64,000 nt of DNA, taken from the NCBI GenBank assembly GCA_048939625.1, contig JBHLPH010000006.1:32001-96000 (forward strand), in the 5' to 3' direction. Source of the DNA: Promethearchaeota archaeon. Its GTDB lineage: Archaea > Asgardarchaeota > Hermodarchaeia > Hermodarchaeales > Hermodarchaeaceae. Positions 47,875 to 57,057 of the stretch are shown here, one piece after another (positions within the stretch are counted from its first letter, which is position 1; each line of letters begins with the position of its first letter). A model generated the notes under the pieces. It made no database searches, was not told the origin of the DNA, and was given only the letters and a program-made list of their open reading frames with translations. A program made the translations under genes and the position numbers.

Positions 47875-47997
47875 CAATTTGTACAAATTTGATACTGGGC
47901 GGCTCTTCCGTTGGGTCTAACTAAAATCCTAATTACAACAAACTGTATAAGGGACATCAAAGTCTTATGAGATGACTCTCTAGAAGCTAATAGGACC

Positions 47998-48771
47998 ATG
48001 AAAAGGATGCCATTGGTAGAACTTGAGAAGAAGAATCAGATTGCGTTAGTGACCATCAATAATCCGCCTGCAAATGCTCTGAATCCTGAGATCATCACAC
48101 TTTTACGTAAACTGCTAACCGAATTAGATCAGGATGATACTAAAGCAATAATCCTCACCGGAGCAGGTGACAAGTTCTTCGTTGGTGGCGCTGATATCAA
48201 ACAATTCAAAGAACAAAATGCTGAAGTCATAAAGAAATTTACTCGATTAGGCCAACAATTCACCCTATTTTTGGAAAAACATAACAAGCCAATCATTGTA
48301 GCAGTAAACGGATTCTGTCTTGGTGGTGGCATGGAAATCACCATGGCTTGTGATTTCGTCATCGCCTCCGAAAATGCCCGATTCGGGCAGCCTGAAATTA
48401 AATTAGGAGTCATTCCTGGCTGGGGAGGCACCCAACGCCTCCAACGCTGGATGGACCCTCAACGCGCCCGAGAACTCATCCTCACCGGAGATATTGTCCC
48501 TGCCTCTGAAATGGGACAATTCGTCTATAAATTGGTTCCACCAAATCAACTTCTCCCAACTGCTAAAGAATTAGCACAACGCATCGCTCGACATGGCCTT
48601 AATGCAGTAAAACTAGCTAAGCGTGCACTCAAGGAAGCAATCTCCCGCCCCATTGGAGAAGGACTTAAACTCGAAGCGCAATACTTCGGGCAAGCCTTCG
48701 AAACCGAAGATGCTAAAGAGGGCATCAAAGCCTTCTTCGAAAAACGCGAGCCGAAAGTGGTAGATAAATAG
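47998..48771 (+). CDS. Enoyl-CoA hydratase (crotonase)
   Basis: NNPPANAL, GADIK, LGGGMEI, FGQPEIKLGVIPGWGGTQRL. Confidence 0.92.
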   Translation: MKRMPLVELEKKNQIALVTINNPPANALNPEIITLLRKLLTELDQDDTKAIILTGAGDKFFVGGADIKQFKEQNAEVIKKFTRLGQQFTLFLEKHNKPIIVAVNGFCLGGGMEITMACDFVIASENARFGQPEIKLGVIPGWGGTQRLQRWMDPQRARELILTGDIVPASEMGQFVYKLVPPNQLLPTAKELAQRIARHGLNAVKLAKRALKEAISRPIGEGLKLEAQYFGQAFETEDAKEGIKAFFEKREPKVVDK

Positions 48772-48783
48772 GAGACAGATAAA

Positions 48784-49833
48784 TTGACAGACACATTAAA
48801 ATTTGGAGTTGTCAGCACCCCCTCGGCATGGGACCGGATTCTTGACACAGCAACATATATTGAAAAAATGGGTTTCGACTCATTTTGGATGCCTGATCAC
48901 ACAGTTGGGTTTGGTATTCGTCGCTGGGATGCCTTAGAAGCCTGGTCAGCACTCTCTGCCGTTGCCACTCAAACAAAGAAAGTGAAATTAGGCACCTGTG
49001 TGGGTGATACTTATCGTCACCACCCTTCAGCGTTGGCACAAATGGTTACTACCTGTGATCATATCTCGAATGGACGAGCAATTGTTGGCGTCGGACTTGG
49101 CGAGGCAATGAATCTCTTTCCTTTTGGGATAGACCTTAAGAAACCTCTTGGACGAACAGAAGAAGCGGTAAAGGTCATGAGACTGTTATGGACTCAAGAG
49201 CTTTCTAATTTTGATGGTAAATACTACAAATTAGATAACGCGTTTCTCCAACCACGACCAATTCAAGAACCGAACCCACCAGTTTGGATAGCAGCTAATT
49301 CACCTAAAACCATGAAGATGGCAGGAGAATTAGGTGATGGTTGGGTTCCCGCAAGCATGTTTCCTGACGAATATGCGAAAAAATTGAAAATCGTACGAGA
49401 TCATGCAAAACAGTCGGGGCGAGACCCTAATGCTATTGAGCCAGCGGCATTTGTCTTCACTGTTGTAGCAGAAGAATATGAAACAGCTCGAAAAAATGTG
49501 GGACTTGGAGCTAAAATCTATTTCTTAACACGTCCCCGTATTCTTCGTCGATTAGGGTATGACGATGTTACAGACGAGTTTGATATGACTTGGCATCTAG
49601 TAATGAACTCAGAGGTTACCGAAAAATTACTCGCGATGGCAAAAGAGATTCCAGACGATGTTCTTGACAAGGCCCCAGTGTTCTTTGGTACCCCCGATGA
49701 TGTCATAAAAGGTATCAAAGAGTATCAGAAAGCTGGTGTCCGGCATATGGTTGTCAACTTCTTTGTTCCTCCAAAGATGCTAAAAGACACCCTGAAGCTC
49801 TTTGCCACTGAGGTTATACCAGAATTCCGATAA
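48784..49833 (+). CDS. Luciferase-like (LLM) flavin- or F420-dependent oxidoreductase
   Basis: GFDSFWMPDH, RHHPSALAQ...DHISNGR, PRPIQ..PPVWIAA, GDGW, GTPDDV. Confidence 0.88.
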   Translation: MTDTLKFGVVSTPSAWDRILDTATYIEKMGFDSFWMPDHTVGFGIRRWDALEAWSALSAVATQTKKVKLGTCVGDTYRHHPSALAQMVTTCDHISNGRAIVGVGLGEAMNLFPFGIDLKKPLGRTEEAVKVMRLLWTQELSNFDGKYYKLDNAFLQPRPIQEPNPPVWIAANSPKTMKMAGELGDGWVPASMFPDEYAKKLKIVRDHAKQSGRDPNAIEPAAFVFTVVAEEYETARKNVGLGAKIYFLTRPRILRRLGYDDVTDEFDMTWHLVMNSEVTEKLLAMAKEIPDDVLDKAPVFFGTPDDVIKGIKEYQKAGVRHMVVNFFVPPKMLKDTLKLFATEVIPEFR

Positions 49834-49839
49834 ACGCCT

Positions 49840-50262
49840 TTAGGGTACTTGGAACTCGTACGTCACTCGGTTCTCATCGAGTTTTCTAGGCACTAGTTGT
49901 ACAGCCATTCCAATTTGTAACTGTTCTAATGATACATCCTTAGAAAATCGTGCAAACACCTGTTGACCACTGTTTAACAACCCAAGTGCTAGAATATAAG
50001 GAACATCTTCTTGGAATCCTGTGGGTGCAAAATTGACCTCGGTGTAAGTAACAAGTTTGCCATCACCTTTAATTTCAACCCATTCAACTTCGTCTCCCAC
50101 GCATGATATGCAGTCACCACGGGGCGGGAAATAGATTTTTCCACATTTTTTACATTGCGTTCCCATTAATTGATTATTTTTTAGAAATTCTGTGAATTCA
50201 CCGATTTTTGCCTGTGAAACATAACTGATTAAACCAAACTGTTCAAATCCCATTATTCTCAC
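49840..50262 (-). CDS. DUF35 Zn-ribbon/OB-fold thiolase partner
   Basis: CKKCG..YFPPRGDC..C, GKLVTYT, PY; downstream of a thiolase. Confidence 0.88.
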   Translation of the reverse strand: MRIMGFEQFGLISYVSQAKIGEFTEFLKNNQLMGTQCKKCGKIYFPPRGDCISCVGDEVEWVEIKGDGKLVTYTEVNFAPTGFQEDVPYILALGLLNSGQQVFARFSKDVSLEQLQIGMAVQLVPRKLDENRVTYEFQVP

Positions 50263-50276
50263 CTCAAACCTCTAAA

Positions 50277-51437
50277 CTACGCCTCAAGAATAGTCACACT
50301 CGTGTACATTCCAATACCACCAACATTATGGCCTAGCGCGATTTTTGCACCATCAACCTGCACTTTTCCAGATTCACCACGAAGTTGATAGACTAAGGTT
50401 CGTATTTGTGAACCGCCTGTCGCTCCGACTGGGTGACCCTTTGATAAAAGTCCCCCATCCACATTAACAGGTATTCGTCCACCAAGATGTGTTTCTTCAT
50501 CACGGATCATTTTCGGGCTATGTTCACGTTTACAGAATCCAAGGTCTCCATAAGCAATGAGTTCTGCGATGGTGAAGCAGTCGTGGACTTCTGCAACATC
50601 GATATCTTTGGGCTTGACCCTAGCCATAGCGTATGCTTGGCGTGCTGCTTCTAGTGCACTTTCAAAACCTGTGAATGGAGGTTTACGGCTTGCAAGAGAC
50701 ATAGGTGTCGAACCAAGACCCAGCCCTTTGATCCAGACAGGTCGTTCTGCAAACTTTTTCGCTTTGGTTTCATTTGCAACAATCAGGCAAGACGCACCAT
50801 CCGCGTTTGCACAACAGTCAAGACTCTTCAATGGGCTGGCAATTACACGGGTTGACAATACTTTCTCTAAAGTAAATTCTTTCTGAAACATAGCTTTTGG
50901 ATTAAATTGACTGTAATAATGATTCTTGACGGAAACCTTCGCGAGATCTTCCTCAGTTGTACCATACGCATCCATGTGAGCTCGGGCAAACATGGCATAG
51001 TATGCAGGCATGCTAGTCCCAAATGGCGACTCAAACATAACATCACCAGCACGACCCATGACTTCTTGAATTGCCTCTGATGTCATATCTGTCATTTTCT
51101 GATAACCGATCACAGCGACAATATCATGAAGACCAGATTTAATAAAAGACCAAGCAGTCCGTAAAGCAACAGTACTTGACGCACAAGCGGCCTCAGTTAA
51201 AAAAGTCGGTTGAGGAGTCAATTCTAAGTGCTCTGCAATCACCGCTGCTGGTGACCTCTGTTTATCATAACCAGCTGCAGTAGCAACCAACGAAGCGTCA
51301 ATATCGGCACCACTCAAATTCTTGGTATCCTCAATGGCTTCATGAAATGCTTCAAACGCCAAATCACGAATTGACGAGTCCGGACGTTTTCCAAAACTAC
51401 TTTGACCTACGCCAATAATAGCAACACGATTTGTCAC
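50277..51437 (-). CDS. Archaeal-type (SCP2-like) thiolase
   Basis: EAACASS, KNH, DGA, EVHDCFTIAE, GGLLSKGHPVGATG. Confidence 0.92.
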   Translation of the reverse strand: MTNRVAIIGVGQSSFGKRPDSSIRDLAFEAFHEAIEDTKNLSGADIDASLVATAAGYDKQRSPAAVIAEHLELTPQPTFLTEAACASSTVALRTAWSFIKSGLHDIVAVIGYQKMTDMTSEAIQEVMGRAGDVMFESPFGTSMPAYYAMFARAHMDAYGTTEEDLAKVSVKNHYYSQFNPKAMFQKEFTLEKVLSTRVIASPLKSLDCCANADGASCLIVANETKAKKFAERPVWIKGLGLGSTPMSLASRKPPFTGFESALEAARQAYAMARVKPKDIDVAEVHDCFTIAELIAYGDLGFCKREHSPKMIRDEETHLGGRIPVNVDGGLLSKGHPVGATGGSQIRTLVYQLRGESGKVQVDGAKIALGHNVGGIGMYTSVTILEA

Positions 51438-51583
51438 AATTAACCACCTTTTCTTCGAATACAGATGTCTCTTGTAAAAAGTGTTTCAGTGTTTCACACT
51501 CAAGCTTTCAAATGAAGTAGCCTGTTGAATGCACTTAAAAGAGTGCACGGTTCATTGGTGATGAGTTGCTATAATTAATGTGA

Positions 51584-52768
51584 ATGGCGGAGATTAGATT
51601 GAGACCTGTAGCTATTGTTGGGGTCGGACTCACACAATGGGGTAAACGTAATGATGTTTCATTAGGTGAACTCATTGTTGAATCAGCAGAACATGCCTTT
51701 GAAGATACGAAGGATTTAACGCCAAAAGATATTGACGCTTTGTATGTGGCGAATGCTCAATCAGAACGATTCACTGAACAAGCGCATCCAGCAAATCTTG
51801 CTGCTGAATTTCTGGGTATGTCCCCTAAGGTGACTTCAAGAGTTGAAATGGCTTGTGCAAGTGGAAGTGCTGCTATTCGTAATGCCTTTTTCGCTATTAC
51901 ATCTGGACAAGCAGAATCAGCCCTTGTGTCTGGCGTTGAAAAAATGTGTAATGTACCTTCTCCTGAAGCCATGCGTAATCTCTGCTTAGTAGAGGACCTG
52001 ACCTTTGAAAGTTTTCATGGCATGATTCCTCCCTCAGGATTTGCCCTTATCGCATCGCGATACATGCATGAGTATGGTGTGACCCAAGAACAACTCGCAA
52101 AGATTGCTGTGAAAAATCATAAGAATGGCTCAAAAAATCCAATCGCTCAATTTCGAAAAGAAATCACAATTGAAACCGTTCTTGAATCACCCATGATTGC
52201 ACACCCACTGAATCTTTATGACTGCAGTCCGATTTCCGATGGATCCGCAGCAGTGATCCTCGTCTCTGCTAAAGAAGCCCGAAAGTACAATGATACACCT
52301 GTTGATATCATCGGGTCAGGACAATTCATGGAACCTTCCTTCAACTGCTCGAATATGCAAAGCCTAACAACATGGAGAGCACTCGTAAATGCAGCAAAAA
52401 ACGCCTATTCCATGGCAAAACTCAAGCCCAAAGATATGGATCTAGCAGAAACCCACGACTGCTTCACCATCGCAGAACTCATTGAATGTGAAGATCTTGG
52501 GTTATGTAAGAAAGGAGAAGGACCACAGCTAATTGATAGTGGTGATACTGAAATCGGAGGAAGAATTCCTGTTAATCCCTCTGGAGGACTCAAATCGAAA
52601 GGGCATCCTGTGGGTGCGACAGGTGTCGCACAAATCGCTGAAGTAACAGAGCAGTTACGGGGTGAATGTGGTCCGCGGCAAGTCGATGGTGCAACCACAG
52701 GGATTACGCAAAACCTGAGTGGGTTCGCGACACATCATGTCGTTCATATTCTTCGGAGGCAGAACTAA
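51584..52768 (+). CDS. Archaeal-type (SCP2-like) thiolase
   Basis: EMACASG, KNHKNG, CSPISDG, ETHDCFTIAE, SGGLKSKGHPVGATG. Confidence 0.92.
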   Translation: MAEIRLRPVAIVGVGLTQWGKRNDVSLGELIVESAEHAFEDTKDLTPKDIDALYVANAQSERFTEQAHPANLAAEFLGMSPKVTSRVEMACASGSAAIRNAFFAITSGQAESALVSGVEKMCNVPSPEAMRNLCLVEDLTFESFHGMIPPSGFALIASRYMHEYGVTQEQLAKIAVKNHKNGSKNPIAQFRKEITIETVLESPMIAHPLNLYDCSPISDGSAAVILVSAKEARKYNDTPVDIIGSGQFMEPSFNCSNMQSLTTWRALVNAAKNAYSMAKLKPKDMDLAETHDCFTIAELIECEDLGLCKKGEGPQLIDSGDTEIGGRIPVNPSGGLKSKGHPVGATGVAQIAEVTEQLRGECGPRQVDGATTGITQNLSGFATHHVVHILRRQN

Positions 52769-52769
52769 G

Positions 52770-53180
52770 TTGACTGAACAACCGATGGACCTTCCCTATT
52801 GTCTTGTTTATCCTGGATCTCAAATCAAACCTTTCTGGGATAACCTCGCGCAAAATAAATTCACGACTACAAAATGCCCTAATTGCGGGGTTTTGTGGCC
52901 TCCCAAATCTACTTGCCCCCAATGTGGAGACAAGATCGCAGAATGGATTGAGCTAAAGGGAACCGGAGAGATCTACGCGAAAACCTATGTTGGAGCTTCA
53001 CCTCCTGCATTCAAGGAGATGTTACCTTACATCATCGCCATCGGGAAACTCGATGAGGGAATTCTCGTTGTTGCCCGAGTAGAAAATGCAAAATTTGAAG
53101 ATCTCAAAATTGGTACACCAATAAAAATTGAGATAAAGAAGGCATTTGGATTAGATTCCTACGTATTCATTCCTGCCTAA
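52770..53180 (+). CDS. DUF35 Zn-ribbon/OB-fold thiolase partner
   Basis: CPNCG..WPPKSTCPQC, GEIYAKT, PY; start TTG 52770 or ATG 52785. Confidence 0.88.
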   Translation: MTEQPMDLPYCLVYPGSQIKPFWDNLAQNKFTTTKCPNCGVLWPPKSTCPQCGDKIAEWIELKGTGEIYAKTYVGASPPAFKEMLPYIIAIGKLDEGILVVARVENAKFEDLKIGTPIKIEIKKAFGLDSYVFIPA

Positions 53181-53244
53181 TTCACTTTGAAGAATAGATA
53201 AGATAGATTCTTCGAAGTGTCATTCCTTTCCCTCCATTTTTGTA

Positions 53245-53258
53245 ATAGAATATTCTAT
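53245..53258. promoter_or_regulatory. Perfect 14-bp palindrome upstream of oah (candidate operator)
   Basis: ATAGAATATTCTAT, about 80 bp upstream of ATG 53338. Confidence 0.4.
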
Positions 53259-53337
53259 GTTCATCGAAAATTGTAGTATCAAGTAGAAACTTCAAATAAG
53301 AGAAACTGATACTTACTCACCAACTTTGGTGGTTAAG

Positions 53338-54273
53338 ATGGCTAAACCCAAATACAAAGAAATTCTTTATGAGAAGAAAGATTGGGTCGCTACTATCACA
53401 ATCAACCGTGCGGACAAATACAATGCGTATACACTTCTGACACTCAACGAAATGTGTGATGCCCTTCATACAGCCTCATGGGATGACGAAGTTGGTGTAA
53501 TTGTCGTTACTGGTGCAGGCAAGAAAGCTTTCTGCACCGGAGGGGACGTTAAAGAATATGCAACCAAGTACACTAAGAAACCTCGTGACTTTTGGAAATG
53601 GTGTGAAATTTTCGAACGTGCCTTACATCTGTTACGACATTGTGGAAAACCAGTGATAGCTCGATTAAACGGTATCGTTGCTGGTGGTGGAAATGAAATC
53701 CAAATGGCATGCGACCTAGCAATTGCTGCAGACCATGTCGAAATATTTCAAGTCGGAACGAGGGTCGGAAGCGTAGCTTCCGGAGGCGCTACTCAGTGGC
53801 TGCCAATCATTATCGGCGACCGACGGGCCCGGGAAATGCTATTCACCTGTGATCGAATTAGTGCTGAAAAAGCTAAAGATTGGGGGCTCGTCAACGAAGT
53901 TGTTCCCTATGATAAACTCGATGACACCATTGCAGAATGGTCAAAGAAAATCCTTGAAAAATTCCCCGAATGTCTACGCTTTACCAAAGCGCAAGTGAAC
54001 TTCTGGAAAGACTTAGTCTGGTCACTCACATGGCCAAGTGTACGAGACTGGCTCAGCGTCCACTTCAGTTCCCAAGAACCCCATGAAGGAATGTGGGCTT
54101 TCGTCGAGAAACGACCTCCAGCATACATGAAATTACGACAGGAAGCCGCAGATGGGAAATCACCTGAATTCAAATGGGGACCATGGGAGAAGACCTGTCC
54201 AAGCTGCAACACAACATACTTACCTAGTGAGTTTACTCACTGCGGAAAATGTGGCGCAAAGCTAGACAAGTAA
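53338..54273 (+). CDS. oah: 6-oxocyclohex-1-ene-1-carbonyl-CoA hydrolase (ring-cleaving; BzdY/BamA-like)
   Basis: YNAYT, FCTGGDVKEYA.KY, KPVIARLNG, GGGNEIQMACD, GSVASGGATQWLP, KFPECL, RDWL, C-terminal CPSC..CGKCG. Confidence 0.78.
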   Translation: MAKPKYKEILYEKKDWVATITINRADKYNAYTLLTLNEMCDALHTASWDDEVGVIVVTGAGKKAFCTGGDVKEYATKYTKKPRDFWKWCEIFERALHLLRHCGKPVIARLNGIVAGGGNEIQMACDLAIAADHVEIFQVGTRVGSVASGGATQWLPIIIGDRRAREMLFTCDRISAEKAKDWGLVNEVVPYDKLDDTIAEWSKKILEKFPECLRFTKAQVNFWKDLVWSLTWPSVRDWLSVHFSSQEPHEGMWAFVEKRPPAYMKLRQEAADGKSPEFKWGPWEKTCPSCNTTYLPSEFTHCGKCGAKLDK

Positions 54274-54357
54274 CCCTGAATCCGAGTCTCAAATAACCCT
54301 CAATTGTCCTCAATTCGAGGTCTTGAGCTTATGACAGGTTCAAGATAAGGTCAGGGT

Positions 54358-55221
54358 TTATTTGTTCCAATCATAGAATCCTTGCTTAGTCTTTCTACCT
54401 AACTTGCCTTCTTTAACCATCTTTCCCAGTAGAGGAGCTGCAGCGTACTTGTGTTTATCCATCTCTTTTTGGAACACATGGGTGATGGAAAGGGTAGTAT
54501 CAAGCCCTACATAATCTAAGAGGGTGATTGGGCCCATTGGCCAGTTTAACCCTAACTTAATTGCCTTATCGATATCTTCTGGTTCTGCAACATCCTCTTG
54601 GAGTAGCCAGATAGCTTCGTTGAGCGCAGGAACTAGTATCCGGTTAACAATAAAGCCTGGTGAGTCTTTCTTACACAGTACGGTTTCCTTGCCCATTTTC
54701 TGTGATACTTGTTCAACAACTGAAACGGTGTTATCAGAAGTCTTATCTCCTCGGATAATTTCAACGAGTTTCATTATTTGCACGGGGTTAAAGAAGTGCA
54801 TACCCACGACTTTATCGGGACGTTTAGTAGCTGCGGCAATACGACTAATACTGATTGAGGAAGTGTTCGATGAAAGTATTGCATGCAGTGGTGCAAGTTC
54901 ATCCATTTCAGCAAAGATTTTTTTCTTGAGATCTAGGTTTTCAGGAACCGCCTCAATAACGAAATCAGTGTTACTCATTGCTTCCTTCATATCAAGAGTA
55001 GGGTGAATGCGTTTGAGCGTTGCATCAGCATCAGATTGGGTTAGTTTCTCTTTTTCAACAAGTTTGCCAAGGCTCCATTCAATTCGACCCATACCCGTGT
55101 CGATGAATTCTTGTTTAATATCTTTCAAATAGACCTCATACCCAGCGATTTGGGCTAGAACTTGTGTTACGCCATGACCCATGAGTCCAGCGCCAATAAC
55201 TGCGACTTTTTTGATTTCCAA
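54358..55221 (-). CDS. 3-hydroxyacyl-CoA dehydrogenase
   Basis: GAGLMG, EAVPE, SNTSS, GMHFFNP, PGFIVNR, PMGP..LLDYVGLD; GAGGTGA before TTG 55221. Confidence 0.93.
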   Translation of the reverse strand: MEIKKVAVIGAGLMGHGVTQVLAQIAGYEVYLKDIKQEFIDTGMGRIEWSLGKLVEKEKLTQSDADATLKRIHPTLDMKEAMSNTDFVIEAVPENLDLKKKIFAEMDELAPLHAILSSNTSSISISRIAAATKRPDKVVGMHFFNPVQIMKLVEIIRGDKTSDNTVSVVEQVSQKMGKETVLCKKDSPGFIVNRILVPALNEAIWLLQEDVAEPEDIDKAIKLGLNWPMGPITLLDYVGLDTTLSITHVFQKEMDKHKYAAAPLLGKMVKEGKLGRKTKQGFYDWNK

Positions 55222-55346
55222 AAGCGTCACCTCGCAGAGGCTATGCAAGATGTTATTAAAAAACCTGTTATTCGTAAAAAATACAGAACACAACCAAGCG
55301 GATTTTTATGCGAAATATGCCCTCTTTGGGTATTGAGTGGATTCGT

Positions 55347-56582
55347 GTGCGCCTGGTAATTATTGGAAGCGGAGCTGCTGGGCTGAGTGCAGTGCAAACA
55401 CTAATCGAACATCAGCATACCGCTGATGTCGTATTAATCACAAAGGAGACTCGATTCTATGCGCTGTTCTCACTTCCTTCATTTGTCGCCGGAGAAATCG
55501 ATGAAAAATCTCTCGATCGGTTTGATCGTCAGTATTTCGAAGACGCTGGAATCAAAATGAAACTGGATACAAATGTCACAGCTGTGAATGTTGATTCAAA
55601 CTCAGTCCTCCTCGAAACCGGGGATGAGCTTCCTTATGATCGGCTTCTCATTGCTACAGGTGCTTCTGCAATTAAACCTCCAATAGAAGGACTTGACAAA
55701 GATGGTGTAGTAACTCTGGTTAATTTACGAGATAGTGAAGCTATCTTAGCAAGAGCGGAACGCAAGATCAAACATGCAGTTATAATTGGTGGAGGGTTTG
55801 TTGGGCTTGAAAGTGCTACTGCACTCCATCGGCTAGGTGCTAAAGTCACAATCATTGAAAGAGAAAAGCATCTTCTCCCACGAATGCTAGATGAAGATAC
55901 TGCAGAAATTGTGACTCAACTCCTACAAAAGCAGAACGTAGAAGTTCAGACTTCAACAAGCGTTAGCAAGATTCTAGGTGATAAGACGGTCACTGGAGCC
56001 CAAGTTGGTCGAAAACAGCTTCATTGTGATCTGGTTGTCGTTGCGGTGGGTGTTCGTCCAAATCTTGACATCATCAAGGGAACCCGAATTAAAACAAATG
56101 AAGGAATTCTTGTTAACGAATACATGCAAACCAACGTGGAGCACATATACGCGGCAGGAGACGTTGCGGAGGCATTAGATCGCGCGACGAACGAATTAAA
56201 AATCAATGCAATATGGCCAAACGCCATTTCTCAAGGCCGAATTGCTGCACAAAATATGCTCGGTCAGCAGATTTCATATCAGGGATCTGATGCCATCAAC
56301 CTAATCAACATCTTTGAGACACCCGTGCTTAGCATTGGTCGGACTTTAAGCGAGATAGGGACTTGTGAAGTTATCCGTATATATCGAAATGAAGTATACA
56401 GGAAGCTCTTTCTTTGTGATGGCAAAGTCATGGGGTACCAATCAGTAGGTGATCTTCGAAATGCAGGATTTCTCCTGCATGCCCATCGAACTGGAGCCGA
56501 TATATCAGATGTCGTTGAGTCTCTAAAGAAAGATCTGCTTATAGGTCAGTATTATTGGCGTTCTCAAGAAAAACAAACCTAG
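55347..56582 (+). CDS. FAD/NAD-dependent oxidoreductase (NADH oxidase / AorC-like)
   Basis: GSGAAG, LLIATG, GGGFVGLE, AVGVRPN, IYAAGD. Confidence 0.88.
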   Translation: MRLVIIGSGAAGLSAVQTLIEHQHTADVVLITKETRFYALFSLPSFVAGEIDEKSLDRFDRQYFEDAGIKMKLDTNVTAVNVDSNSVLLETGDELPYDRLLIATGASAIKPPIEGLDKDGVVTLVNLRDSEAILARAERKIKHAVIIGGGFVGLESATALHRLGAKVTIIEREKHLLPRMLDEDTAEIVTQLLQKQNVEVQTSTSVSKILGDKTVTGAQVGRKQLHCDLVVVAVGVRPNLDIIKGTRIKTNEGILVNEYMQTNVEHIYAAGDVAEALDRATNELKINAIWPNAISQGRIAAQNMLGQQISYQGSDAINLINIFETPVLSIGRTLSEIGTCEVIRIYRNEVYRKLFLCDGKVMGYQSVGDLRNAGFLLHAHRTGADISDVVESLKKDLLIGQYYWRSQEKQT

Positions 56583-56601
56583 CCAATAAGAATCTCAGGA
56601 A

Positions 56602-57057
56602 TTATTTCTCTGTAATGAGAACACGGGCTAATTGCTCTTTTCGTCGTTGCATGGCTTCCTGAGTTTCTTCCGCATATTCGATGGCATTTGTGGAACAATA
56701 TTTCACGCATTGTGGATCACCGCCACAAAGATCGCATTGAATTAGTTCCTTACCATGGGTTGTTATTGCAGAGAAAGGGCACACAACTGCACATAGTCGA
56801 CAGCCAATGCACCGGTCATCGTCGCGTGTTACATGTCCTTCGTCTTTTGTGATAGCGTTTTGTGGGCAGGCTGTGATGCAAGGCGCGTCCTGGCATTGAA
56901 AGCATACAACTGGAAACTCAAATCGTTCAAACTCATCTCGGACAACGCTGATTGCGGCTTTTCTTGGGTTGCATTCTCCGAATTTGGTTAATGAACACGC
57001 TAGTGAACATAATCGGCAACCAGTACACCGTTCTGGATAAACGAAAATATACTTCAT
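56602..57057 (-). CDS. 4x[4Fe-4S] subunit of AOR (AorA/DmsB-like)
   Basis: CTGCRLCSLAC, CFQCQDAPC..ACP, CIGCRLC..VCP, CDLCGGDPQC; overlaps the AOR stop. Confidence 0.88.
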   Translation of the reverse strand: MKYIFVYPERCTGCRLCSLACSLTKFGECNPRKAAISVVRDEFERFEFPVVCFQCQDAPCITACPQNAITKDEGHVTRDDDRCIGCRLCAVVCPFSAITTHGKELIQCDLCGGDPQCVKYCSTNAIEYAEETQEAMQRRKEQLARVLITEK

